Below are positions 53,138 to 64,000 of a stretch of 64,000 nucleotides of DNA, piece by piece. The stretch lies in assembly GCA_004022145.1 (NCBI GenBank), contig RCNU01000016.1; one strand, 5' to 3'. The DNA comes from Paecilomyces variotii. Lineage: Eukaryota. Position 1 is the stretch's first letter. Each line of letters starts with the position of its first letter. The notes under the pieces were generated by a model. It had not been told where the DNA came from. It searched no databases and worked only from the letters and a program-made list of their open reading frames with translations. The translations under genes and the position numbers were made by a program.

Positions 53138-53569
53138 TATAAGGAATAGGGGTTCCTAGAGATTGCTAATAAATTACTCCGCTAGCAATTATAGCGAGAG
53201 AAGTAATAGCTTTATATATTTAGCTTAAAGAAAGATCTACTAATAAAATAAAGGGTTAACTATTATAATAAAGGGTCTAACTAGTGTAGAGAAAAGTCTA
53301 TACTAAAGGGTCCTAATAATAAAGAGTCTATATAAGTAAAGAAATAATAAGGTATATATTATATTAAAATAGATTGCTAGCTTCTAATAAGATAATAATC
53401 TAGAGCCTATTTATATTCTAAATCTTAAGCACTTCCTAGCTTTATCTTATATAAATCCTGAAAGCGAGGAGAGCGGGGTTTAACTAATTACCTCAGTATT
53501 ATATTTAGATTTAGGGCTTCGCTACAGTCTTACGAGCTTATGCCTTAGTAAGAAGCTAGGGGCATAATA
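53138..53569 (-). repeat. 5' LTR (432 bp)
   Basis: Direct repeat of 46034-46465, adjacent to the gag start. Confidence 0.95.
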
Positions 53570-53574
53570 TTACT

Positions 53575-54900
53575 TTAACTGCTTATTAAAAATAATATAT
53601 TATAGACTAGTATTCTATTATTAGAGGAGTATATTTTTAATATATAGGTCTATTATAATATTTATAAGCTTTAATATCTTCTTATTATATATATTATTTA
53701 GAACTTCTTATAGAAGCTTTTTAATCCCCCGCTAATTACTTATAGATAATACTAATTAACTTAATTTACTAGAGAAAGGCCTATCTTTAGGTTTCTTTTT
53801 AAAATGCTTAAGAATAATCTATAGGTTAAATAGGTATAGACCGGTTGCTGCCTATTTATTATTAATATTTTTTATTATAAAAATAATATCTTAGCTAAAG
53901 AAGAAGAGATTAAAAAAATCTCTCTTCTTAAAGCAGCTAAGTCTTAGGCATTTATTTATTTATATATTTAATTAAGTATTATAGGCTCTAGCTAATAGGC
54001 TAAATAAAGAAATATTAAGTAACTATAATATATAGATAGAATAAGATAGAAATAATAATAATAAGATTCTATTATAATTATAATAATTAATAAAATATTT
54101 TATAATATAAGAGTTATAGCTATTAAGGATTAATAGCTAATAGCTTTTACTTACCTTTACCTTAGTCTTTTTATTAAAGATTTTAACTAGCTAGCAATAT
54201 CTTATCTTATTATTAGTCTAGCTACTAAGAGAAAAGATAAAAAAATATTTATAAATTTTAGGATTAAATATTTAAAGCTATATATCTTATAATTTTTTTA
54301 GTATAGTTTTATAGATTAAAGCTAATAATAAAAATATTTTATTTATATAAATAGCAGCAAATACTATAATTTATTTCTTATTCTTATCTTAGATTAATTA
54401 TTTAATATATCCTTATTTATAGTAATAATAAGAAAAGATTTTTTTAACTTTTTTTAAAACTCTAATTATAAAACCTTTTTTATCTATATTATAGATATTA
54501 TATAGCTTAATCTTAAATTTCTAAAGCTTTTAATCTATAAACTTAAAATATAGGGAATATTTAAATATAAAATTAGCTTACTTATATAAGATATTTATAA
54601 TAATATCCTAAGCTAATAAGAGGTCTTATTTATATCTTTTTATAAAATATAATAGCTATTGCTTTTTAAACTCTTTTTTAAAAATTTTTTTATAAAGTTT
54701 TATAATATTTTATATAAAAGAGATAAGTTATATTCTATAAGGCTATTAATCTATTTAATAAATATTTTTTCTTACTAGATATTTAGGAATTATTAGTTTT
54801 TATATTAGACTATTAACAGGCCCTAGATACCCTTATATTATTATGTTAAGATTATATAGTTTATACTATATTTTTTTGCAATTTTTATATAATTAGGTTT
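53575..54900 (-). pseudogene. RIP-mutated DDE_1 (pogo/Fot1) transposase, N-terminal and catalytic part; C-terminal part lies at ~45500-46033
   Basis: Minus strand ~54150-53980 reads Y*LLILNSYNSYI (YRLLILDGHNSH) and LLLFLSYSIYIL*LLNISLFSLLARAY (FPPHSTH.LQPLDVSLFGPLARAY), diagnostic DDE_1 motifs. Boundaries approximate. Confidence 0.85.
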
Positions 54901-54998
54901 TTTGTCAGGCTCTAAAGACTTTAAATCTTTAAGAGCTAATAAAATAGGATCTATATTAGTAGTTTGGTGGGTGGTTGAATTAATTGGGGGAGTTTTAA

Positions 54999-55045
54999 AA
55001 AAAACAGTCGGCAGGTGGAAACGGTCGTCAGATGACTAAACACAG
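54999..55045. repeat. Right terminal inverted repeat of the DNA transposon
   Basis: aaaaaacagtcggcaggtggaaacggtcgtcagatgactaaacacag followed by TA. Confidence 0.9.
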
Positions 55046-55170
55046 TAGCGCACGTGACCTGACGCGCTGCTCGTCGCGTTCTCGAAGAGATGCCTTTCAT
55101 CAAAGGGGAAGACCATACATCTGCAGGCCGTCACTTGGCCACTTCACGTCTTCAGAAACAAGGAAACTCC

Positions 55171-56868
55171 ATGGCTCCAATAGTCTCCCAGCAGCTGATT
55201 CAGTCACTGAGCCAGCAATGGCCTTGTCGCGAGCTCCAGATTCGGCAACTTGCAAGCCTACTTAGCGTAAGCTCTTTCCTGTGCGCTTAGCTACTCGAAT
55301 CTGTCGATAAGATTGAATATTAGCTGACCCAATTTTTGGTATTTTGAGCAGCCTACGATACCTAGTCCAGCAACGTTGGTTGTCCACGGTATCTCTGCAA
55401 CTTGCAAGTCGACAATCGTCCGCGCCGTGCTCTCATCTCTCGATGTACCCCATGCGATCGTGAAAAGCGCAGAGTGTATAACCGGACGACATTTGCTCAC
55501 AAAGATCCTACTGACGGCCCTTGAGTCGTTAGGTCTTAAAGATGAGTGGGAGAAGTTTGGCAAGGGGAAATGCGAGCATGCCAGTTCATTGGCGGTGCTG
55601 CTGGCCAACGCTCTGGAATCGAAGATGGGGAAGGTCCAGAAGTTCGTAATAGTTTTGGACGGTATTGACAAGCAAAGAGAGGCGCCATATACTATGTTGT
55701 CGGCATTGGCGAGGTTGGGTGAAGTGGTCAGTATATGCCTCTGGTTTCATGTCTCGCGGCTGGCGACTGACTCTGCTAGATACCATCATTATCCGTTGTC
55801 CTCATAGTGGGATCTACACCGCGACCCCTCTTCCTACATTCAGCAGCAGTGCCTCATATCAGTTTCCCTCCTTACACTAGGACCGAAGCTATCACGATTC
55901 TCACTGCCGCAGAACCACCGCATGTGGACGGTCTCCCCGCAGAAGCTGCTTCGAAGCTCTATCCCCATTTTGTTTCTACCATCTATGATTCTTTGGTTGG
56001 GCCTACTGCTGGAACGATCCCAACTTTTCGGTCTATATGCGAGAGACTTTGGCCTCGTTTTGTCAGTCCCATCGTGAATGGGGAGAACCCCCCTGGAGGC
56101 AGCCGGGAATGGGACTTTCCGCGGCTGCTTGTGAAGAATCGATCGCTTTTCCGACAGCAGGGTGAATCTGCACTTGTTCATCGCATCGTTCCGGAAGGCT
56201 CGTCGACTGGGAAGGTTTCAGCCCCAGCACCCTCACCACTGCCTTCATTACCTTATTTCCCGACTTTAATCCTAACTTCCGCCTATGTGGCATCTCATAC
56301 ACCTCCTCGTCTAGATACTATCTTCTTCTCGAAATTCTCCTCGTCGTCTCTGTCCGCACGGAACAAACGGTCACACCACAGACGACGCTTGAAGCTGCTC
56401 TCCCAGGCGCGAGCGGAAGACAGCCGAGACGATTCCCAGGATCCTTCAACCCCTAGTAAAAAGGGGAAGCGTCAAAAGACGCGCATCACCAAATCGACAC
56501 TTGAATCCGCGTTAGCTACATCATCCGCTACGACATCAGCTAGCAAAGGAATCACGGGGCCTTCTACCATTCTCACCGCTAGACCATTCCCTCTAGAACG
56601 ACTTATCGCCGTCTACCGTGCCATTGACCCCAATCCTCCCGCTAATCCTATTCGCGCAGCATCAGTGGCGGACGCAATCTATGCAGAGCTCGCGACTTTG
56701 CGACGTTTACGGCTGGTGGTGCCCTCCTCAGGCGCGGCTAGCAGCAGTGGAGGAACCGCAGACACGGGAGAGAAGTGGTGCGTCAATTTCTCTGGAGACT
56801 GGATCGGCGATCTAGCGAAGGGAATCGGCGTCGAGGTCGGAGAATGGTTAGTTGGTGGTTTGGACTGA
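55171..56868 (+). CDS. ORC5: Origin recognition complex subunit 5
   Basis: Exons 55171-55266, 55352-55726, 55780-56868: WPCRELQIRQL, Walker-A-like VHGISATCKSTIV, ECITGRHLL, VLDGID, FPPYT, AYVASHTPPRLD..FFSK, RPFPLERLIAVY, ELATLRRLRLV. An upstream in-frame ATG at 55090 is also possible. Confidence 0.9.
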
Positions 56869-57023
56869 TCGTGAGAATGTCGTATCGCCTGGTTGCGTTC
56901 TGGGGATCTAGCAGAGATTTGTACTATTATAATGTGCATTATTGCATTTATGAGACCAATGATAAAATCATTACAATATTCCATCCTGCGGATCACATTC
57001 CGCTGTTTCTGATTCCATTAACA

Positions 57024-59171
57024 TTACCACGTCCACTCCTGCACCGTGGGCCCATCATTTACCAATAACCGCGGCGTGTGCGTTCCCAAAGCAGGCCAAT
57101 CTCCCGACTCGAACAGTACAGCTCTCGTCTGGCCTCGCTGACGAGCTTCCTGAAGAGGCGACGGCACTATTTGCCCCGTTCTAAGGGAAAATAGTTCAGG
57201 TTTATGGTCCTCGATCACTTTAAAAGAGAGAAGAAGTTAGTTACTGTGATTTGGGTTTTGTTTATCTGGGTTTGGCGGGTGGGCAAGATGGAGAGAGATG
57301 TACCTGCGGCAAGGAGCCCAAGATCAGGACTAACATCAAAATCGCAGATAGTCTCGCTGGAGTATTCTGGAAAGGTGATGTATGGCTTTGTGGAAGAGTG
57401 ACGATGGCTTGTGGGTTTGGGCCGAGTCTGGAGACCGTTGGCCGGGTAGCGGATGTCGTATATTTGGAGCTTTGATGCTTCATTTTTAGTGTATTATTCC
57501 CAGGTGAATCGACAAGGTAAAGGGGAAGGGAAGGAGAAGGTAAATGATTGAACATACCGACTGTCGTCCTGACACCGCAAGTCTGTATTCATCTACTTTT
57601 CGAATCTTGGCAACAGACCTGTTATGCTGTAATCTCGTCACTGTACCACGACTGCGGAGGTCATGGAAAAAGATAGAGGAATCTCGTAAGCCGGAAACGA
57701 TGACTTCGGAAGTAAGCCATTCGACGGACATTACGCTGGCGTGTGAATGTTTCGGTCTGGGTGGGATTGCATCCAGGGGGGTATTTTCGGGATGTGGAAA
57801 TGGTTTAGGGGATAAGGACCAGCCGTATCCGATGCCTTCTAGGGTGTGTAGGCCGTCTGAGGTTCCGACGGCGAAAAGTGGAATGTCTCCTGTTGGACAT
57901 GGAGAAGAGCACCATAGGGATGAGGACCCTGGCATGCGTGTCGGATGGGTTACTGGGGGAGTTGTTAGCACTCGAACTGTAGATACAGGGTGTACTAAGC
58001 TAGTTACGTACAACCAGAGGGCCATATATACATGTCCTCTCTGTCTTCGGGGTTAGGTAGTCTTCTCGTTGCTAGAATTGAATCGCCTCTTGGTCCGCTA
58101 TCCATTGTTGCTCTGTAGCATGTTAGTGAGTTTCTTGGCGGACGGACTCGGATGACTTACAGAAGGAATCCAGTATGACTGAGAGAGATTGAAGAGAGCT
58201 ATGGCCAAGTTAGCAGGTGGTATCCGGTAACAAGGATGTTCTAATGTACCCTATATGGTTCTCTGTAGAGTGGTCGCTCTAATGAGTTGTTGTACGTCCA
58301 AGTCTCGCGATGAGATTCTGGAAAGCACATTCTGATATGGTCAACGCTGTCCGTCCTCTAGATCCTTGACAATTGATGACTTACGAGATTACCGACTCGC
58401 CTCCAATAAGGCTTCCTTCATAACGTAAGTACTTTTCCATATAAGCGGCATTATAAGAAAAGTTCTTACCTGCCACCATGAGCCCTGAGCGACTACTGCG
58501 CTGGAGGAACCACAGCTGATATTCTGGCGTATCTCTAATAGACCAAAACTTATGCAACTCCCTTCGTCGCACTTGGCTCACATATGCTCTTCCTTGCTGC
58601 TCGAACATGATGCCCCTAGATCGCGGCTCTGCATTCACTTCTCTTTCTACCCCGATGAGCGGGTGCCCAAGGGAACTTGATCTCTTGATTCTTTCCGTTG
58701 CAACTCTGCGTGCGCGGAAGATATCTTTCTTGCGTTTCTGCTGACTTGTAAGTACCATGACTAGGAATAGAAAAGGATAAGTTTGGGAGTGATAACCTTC
58801 TCATCTAGTCGTCTCTGCTTAATGGCCCTTTCAGAATATTGGGATCCCGATGGCGCGACATGGTTGGCTTGGATTTTGAAGTATTTGTTCTTTTCGGCGT
58901 CTAGTTCAAAAGTGAGTTAGTATCATGTAGGAGGAACCAGTATGATGACCAAATTACTTGGTATAGTATAGGAGATTTCAGGTTCTCAAATTGATAGAAA
59001 CAATAAGACACTTCTTATTCCATGGATGTATTCTCGAGTACAAATGCGGGTGAACCGCGTCGAAGTTATTCAAACAAAATAGTTTCGACCAAGAGCAGAG
59101 AATCCGTAAAATACAAATCAAGTTATGCTAATTAACTCACCATAATAAAAGCCTGGGATATCCCTGGCCAT
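57024..59171 (-). CDS. DCAF4/WDR21-like WD40-repeat protein (putative CUL4-DDB1 substrate receptor)
   Basis: Exon 1 59171-59141 plus the exon from 58900 give MARDIPGFYY|DAEKNKYFKIQANH, the characteristic N-terminus. Later VMSVEWL..GLRDSSIFFHDLRS, YDIRY, LFSLRTGQ, VQEWTW*. Internal exon boundaries are only partly resolved. Confidence 0.75.
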
Positions 59172-60595
59172 CTTGCTTCTAGCTCAATATAAGCAAGAAT
59201 CAGGAAGATAGGCTGAGGTCTGGACGCGCTAGCCAGTCACGCGTGGATACCGATCTCCCTCTGACCCTGGTTGTAGCTGATCCTGAGAGTGGTTTCATAC
59301 AAAGATCTATAAAGACTCCATGGAGACAATGCCAGAGCGTAAGGAGAATCCAGATATGCACCGGAGTCGAAAATATGGTCTCCAGAGGTTCAGCAAGTGC
59401 GGGTAGAAAATAGTTGCCGCGAAGTCGATAAGATCCGCTGCGGCCACAGACTAAGTAGTTGTCTAAAGTAGCCAGGGTGATCTATTATGGCATTTAACGT
59501 GTAATATGTTTCTGCAGGCAATATTTATCTGACGCGATTCTCATGAAATTCTTTTCTGATCTTATCGCATCGCGAACAGTGACGTGCGTCCCGCCAACTG
59601 GCTTATGTAAGACTATCTCGACGGTTGGATGAAATGTGATTGGCCCATTGTGCTTCCACAGTGTATAAGGATTCGAATTCTCGTTTAAGGTAGGATTGAA
59701 AACGGTTATTATTGAGCTAAGAAAGGATATGGTCGCAACTATGGTGAGTTTCCAATGAGGTATTTCATACAAGATGCATACGCCGGTCGGTGTCTTGACA
59801 CTTGTGGTCTGGTGGAAGGAAGTCGCCTTTTATTCGCCAAGGAAGACGGAATTCCAGATAATAATGAGCAACATCTGACAGAAAAGTCTCCTGGAGTCTC
59901 CTAGAAAGAGTCACAGATGTCAAGAAAATTGGGATATGCAGGGTATCTTCTTCCCTCTGTCTCTGTGTCCTGACTCGTGCTTCTTACATCCTATCACAGG
60001 AAACTGGAAGGGCTCGATACCTTTGCCAATGCCACAGGTGCATTCCTCCATATCAATATGGTCTACTGTAAGTGAGGTACTTTGATAATGGACGCCACGC
60101 CTACGTATTGTGTCGCTAGGGATTGACTTTGGCCATAGCTCGCAGCTCATACAGTGCCTACCGTGGACAATACGGTATGATATAACAGAGCAGGGTGTGA
60201 ACTGAACGAACAAGAAATCATCAGAATTAATGTATATAGTACGAATTCTACGAGCCTTCTCGTCCTATAGCTAACAGCTATTTTTATCGCTGTCATAATG
60301 GTTGGAGTGTGTTTTCTGTACTGTGTTGCACACCTGCCTTCATTATTGTGGCCTGTCGCTGCTCCTGCTTAAACTCGGCCTCCTTCCTATCTCTGCTCCT
60401 CCACCCCTTCCTATTTTCGTCCTTTGTCTTCTTTTCTTACTTCCTTCTGCTGCTGTTCTGGAGTGAGTCTTTTCCTCCAGATTCACTCGTTTGTCTATCT
60501 AACTCATTTGCACGCTTTCTTTTACTAACTTGCTTATACTCGTAGTCTTTATATCATTGGTGTGATCATTATACTCGGTCATCAGGCTTTACATC

Positions 60596-63500
60596 ATGGT
60601 AGAATCCAATGGCGCTGCCCCCTATGTGGGCTCAACCCGTTTGGGGGCTGAAGTGCCAGCGAGAGACTTCGACGGTGTCACGGAAAGGAAGCAGATCGAG
60701 CCCACGACAAATGAGAAACAGCTCCCACTGGACGACAACGATGAAGAAGACGAGGACATGGACGCGCTTATTGAGGAGCTCGAGTCACAAGATGGTCATA
60801 TCGATCAGGAAGACGAAGCTGATAATGAACCTGGCGGTGCTCGTCCTGTCCCTGACGAATTGCTTCAGACAGATACTCGCATCGGTTTGACAGATGCTGA
60901 GGTTCTGCTGCGGCGTAAGAAGTACGGGCTCAATCAGATGAAAGAAGAGAAGGAAAACATGATGCTGAAGTTTCTCTCCTATTTCGTCGGACCGATCCAA
61001 TTTGTCATGGAAGTAAGTGATAACCGAGTCTCCCACTCACACCTATATGTGATCTGGATTAGCACATCGAGCAAGAACTCTGGGAATATGCTAATTTGGA
61101 TTTATTTCGAATAGGCTGCAGCAGTTCTTGCAGCAGGTCTCGAGGACTGGGTCGATTTCGGAGTCATCTGCGCTTTGCTGCTTCTCAACGCAGGCGTCGG
61201 TTTCATTCAGGAATTTCAAGCTGGCTCGATTGTCGAGGAACTGAAGAAAACGCTCGCACTCAAGGCAATCGTTCTTCGTAGCGGAAGACTGGTTGAAATC
61301 GAAGCACCTGGAGTCGTTCCCGGAGATATCTTGCAAGTTGAAGAGGTAAGCGGTGGCAGAGCATCTGGTTGCTGCATAACACTAATCAGCGCAGGGTACC
61401 ATCGTTCCAGCTGATGGCCGTATCGTCACTGAAGATGCTTTTCTCCAAGTCGACCAGTCTTCCATCACCGGTGAGTCCTTGGCCGTCGACAAACACACGG
61501 GAGATACTTGCTATGCCTCGTCAGCAATCAAACGGGGAGAAGCCTTCCTCGTCGTCACTGCAACCGGAGATAATACCTTTGTGGGTCGTGCAGCTGCTCT
61601 AGTCAGCGCAGCATCAGCCGGCTCTGGTCACTTTACGGAGGTCCTCAATGGCATTGGTACTGTTTTGCTGATTTTGGTTATCCTGACCTTGCTCATTGTC
61701 TGGGTGTCTTCATTCTATCGGTCTAATGGCATCGTGACTATTCTCGAGTTTACCCTTGCCATCACCATCATCGGCGTCCCTGTCGGGCTTCCGGCTGTGG
61801 TCACGACTACCATGGCTGTTGGCGCTGCCTACCTTGCCAAGAAGCAGGCTATTGTCCAGAAGCTCTCTGCCATTGAGTCTTTAGCTGGAGTCGAGATTCT
61901 TTGCTCGGACAAGACGGGCACCTTGACGAAGAACAAGCTCTCTTTGGCCGAGCCTTACACCGTGGCTGGGGTTGATCCTGAGGATCTCATGCTCACAGCG
62001 TGCCTAGCTGCCTCGCGCAAGAAGAAAGGAATCGACGCCATTGACAAAGCCTTCTTGAAGTCTCTCAGATACTACCCACGAGCCAAAAGTGCACTCACTC
62101 AGTACAAGGTCATCGACTTCCATCCCTTCGACCCGGTTTCCAAAAAGGTTGTTGCCGTAGTCCAGTCTCCCCAGGGGGAACGAATCACCTGCGTCAAGGG
62201 TGCTCCTCTTTTTGTTCTGAAAACTGTCGAAGAGGACCACCAAATCCCTGAGGAGATTGACAATGCATATAAGAACAAGGTCGCCGAGTTTGCTACTCGC
62301 GGATTCCGCTCACTTGGAGTTGCTCGTAAGCGTGGAGAGGGCGCATGGGAGATTCTGGGAATCATGCCTTGCTCTGATCCACCTCGTCATGATACTGCAA
62401 AGACCATCCATGAGGCGAAGACTTTGGGTCTTTCGATCAAGATGTTAACCGGTGATGCTGTTGGTATCGCCCGAGAGACTTCGCGACAGCTCGGTCTAGG
62501 GACCAATGTATATAATGCGGAACGTCTCGGTTTGGGTGGTGGCGGCGACATGCCTGGTTCTGAGGTGTATGATTTTGTCGAAGCAGCAGATGGGTTTGCG
62601 GAAGTATTCCCTCAGCACAAATATAACGTTGTCGAGATTCTACAACAGCGTGGCTACCTGGTCGCCATGACGGGGGATGGCGTCAATGATGCTCCATCTC
62701 TCAAGAAAGCCGATACAGGAATCGCCGTCGAAGGTGCCTCAGATGCTGCACGCTCTGCTGCCGATATTGTGTTCCTCGCCCCAGGTCTATCTGCCATTAT
62801 CGACGCTTTGAAGACTTCCCGCCAGATCTTCCACCGCATGTACGCGTATGTGGTGTACCGAATTGCGCTGTCACTGCATCTGGAGTTTTTCTTGGGCCTG
62901 TGGATTGCTATCCTTAACGAAAGTCTGAACCTTCAACTGGTTGTCTTCATCGCTATTTTCGCAGACATTGCGACTCTGGCTATTGCTTACGACAATGCAC
63001 CGTATTCCAAGACACCAGTGAAATGGAATCTTCCTAAACTCTGGGGGATGTCCATTATCCTAGGCGTTGTTCTGGCTGTAGGCACGTGGATCGCCCTTAC
63101 TACCATGTTTGCTGGCGGAGAGGACGGTGGTATTGTGCAGAATTTCGGACGACGTGATGAGGTCCTTTTCCTTGAGATCTCGTTGACTGAAAACTGGTTA
63201 ATTTTCATCACCCGGGCCAATGGACCGTTCTGGTCCTCGATTCCATCGTGGCAGTTGACAGGAGCCATTCTGGTTGTTGATATTGTTGCAACCCTATTCT
63301 GCATATTCGGTTGGTTTGTCGGTGGCCAGACCTCGATCGTGGCTGTTGTCCGTATTTGGATCTTCTCATTTGGCGTCTTCTGTGTAATGGGCGGGCTCTA
63401 TTATCTTCTCCAGGGGTCTGCCGGGTTTGATAATTTGATGCACGGGAAGAGTCCCAAGGGTAGCCAGAAACAGCGTTCCCTGGAAGATTTCGGTGAGTGT

Positions 63501-63599
63501 CTCGTACTGACTGCATCTGAGTTAGAATATCATATACTGATTCTATTTCTAGTTGTCTCGCTGCAACGAGTCTCCACGCAGCATGAGAAGAGTTCATGA
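60596..63599 (+). CDS. pma1: Plasma-membrane H+-ATPase (P3A type)
   Basis: Exons 60596-61012, 61114-~61345, ~61395-63492, 63553-63599. [13 protein letters not shown] (phospho-Asp), [23 protein letters not shown]-terminus [13 protein letters not shown]. Confidence 0.96.
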
Positions 63600-64000
63600 G
63601 ATCTGGTTGAGACCAGCTGAAGCAGCGGCGGTTCTCCCTCTTCTGGTGATTGGCCACGGCATACATGATATGCCCCCTTTCCGGTTCAATGACTGATCTC
63701 TGATGATGCGCTGAGCTCAGATCTTCCTGCATGTCCCATGCCTAGTAATGCCGCTAACGTATCCTTGTCTTTTGGTCCAACACTTGTGGCACCGTATTCT
63801 GACTGGTGTAATTTCTTTTATGGCGACTGTCCCTTCCACATGACTATAGCGTCTTCTGTGTTCGTTGCACTGTGGATATATACCTGTTTATGGAGAGCAT
63901 GCCGGTGTGGAGTCGCGGTGGTATATAGCTTTCATTATTGTTTGCTAGGTACAATGGGCAGTACAGGAAATAGGAATAACAGGACTATTCTCATGCAGAT

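Larger units (their letters stand above)
46034..53569 (-). mobile_element. Full-length Ty3/Gypsy chromovirus LTR retrotransposon (7536 bp), RIP-inactivated
   Basis: Direct repeats 46034-46465 and 53138-53569. TSD TTACT at 46029-33 and 53570-74. Termini TATA..AATA are consistent with RIPped TGTA..AACA. The minus strand carries gag/pol relics and a polypurine tract beside the left (3') LTR. Confidence 0.95.
45386..55045 (-). mobile_element. pogo/Fot1-type (Tc1/mariner superfamily) DNA transposon of about 2.1 kb, RIP-mutated and interrupted by an LTR retrotransposon
   Basis: Left end TA|ctgtatttaattatctgccgaccgtttctacctgccgactgtttttt matches the reverse complement of the right end, TA|ctgtgtttagtcatctgacgaccgtttccacctgccgactgtttttt. 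TA at 45384-85 and 55046-47. Element parts are 45386-46033 and 53575-55045. Confidence 0.9.

Noticed and set aside
45386-55045. AT-rich island as centromere, mitochondrial insertion or Starship cargo
   Set aside because: Fully accounted for by TIR/LTR/TSD structure and RIPped TE motifs; no tyrosine-recombinase captain or mitochondrial gene seen.

Overview
Filamentous ascomycete genomic DNA (GT-AG introns with CTRAC/CTAAY branch sites; gene content and RIP style suggest Eurotiales, which is an inference). About 16 host protein-coding genes: long-chain acyl-CoA synthetase (cut by the left edge), YAT amino-acid permease, MARVEL protein, a conserved hypothetical protein, O-acetylhomoserine sulfhydrylase, the nrd1-citA-yhm2 trio, a CFEM/PTH11-like receptor, DUF829/PaxU-like and DUF4246 proteins, RPC2, a Pumilio protein, ORC5, a DCAF4-like WD40 protein and a Pma1-type H+-ATPase. 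The 9.7-kb AT-rich stretch with no ORF in the supplied track (45386-55045) resolves into a nested, RIP-destroyed pair. The outer element is a pogo/Fot1 DNA transposon (about 47-bp TIRs, TA duplication). The inner one is a full-length chromoviral Ty3/Gypsy element (two 432-bp LTRs, TTACT duplication) inserted into the transposase. The best candidate for something new lies inside the retroelement. Between the pol chromodomain and the 3' LTR, on the opposite strand, is the relic of a two-exon gene of about 400 codons, with a recognisable spliceosomal intron and a reconstructed six-cysteine zinc-cluster-like motif. Exon coordinates were read by eye and reconstructed (de-RIPped) residues are inferences.
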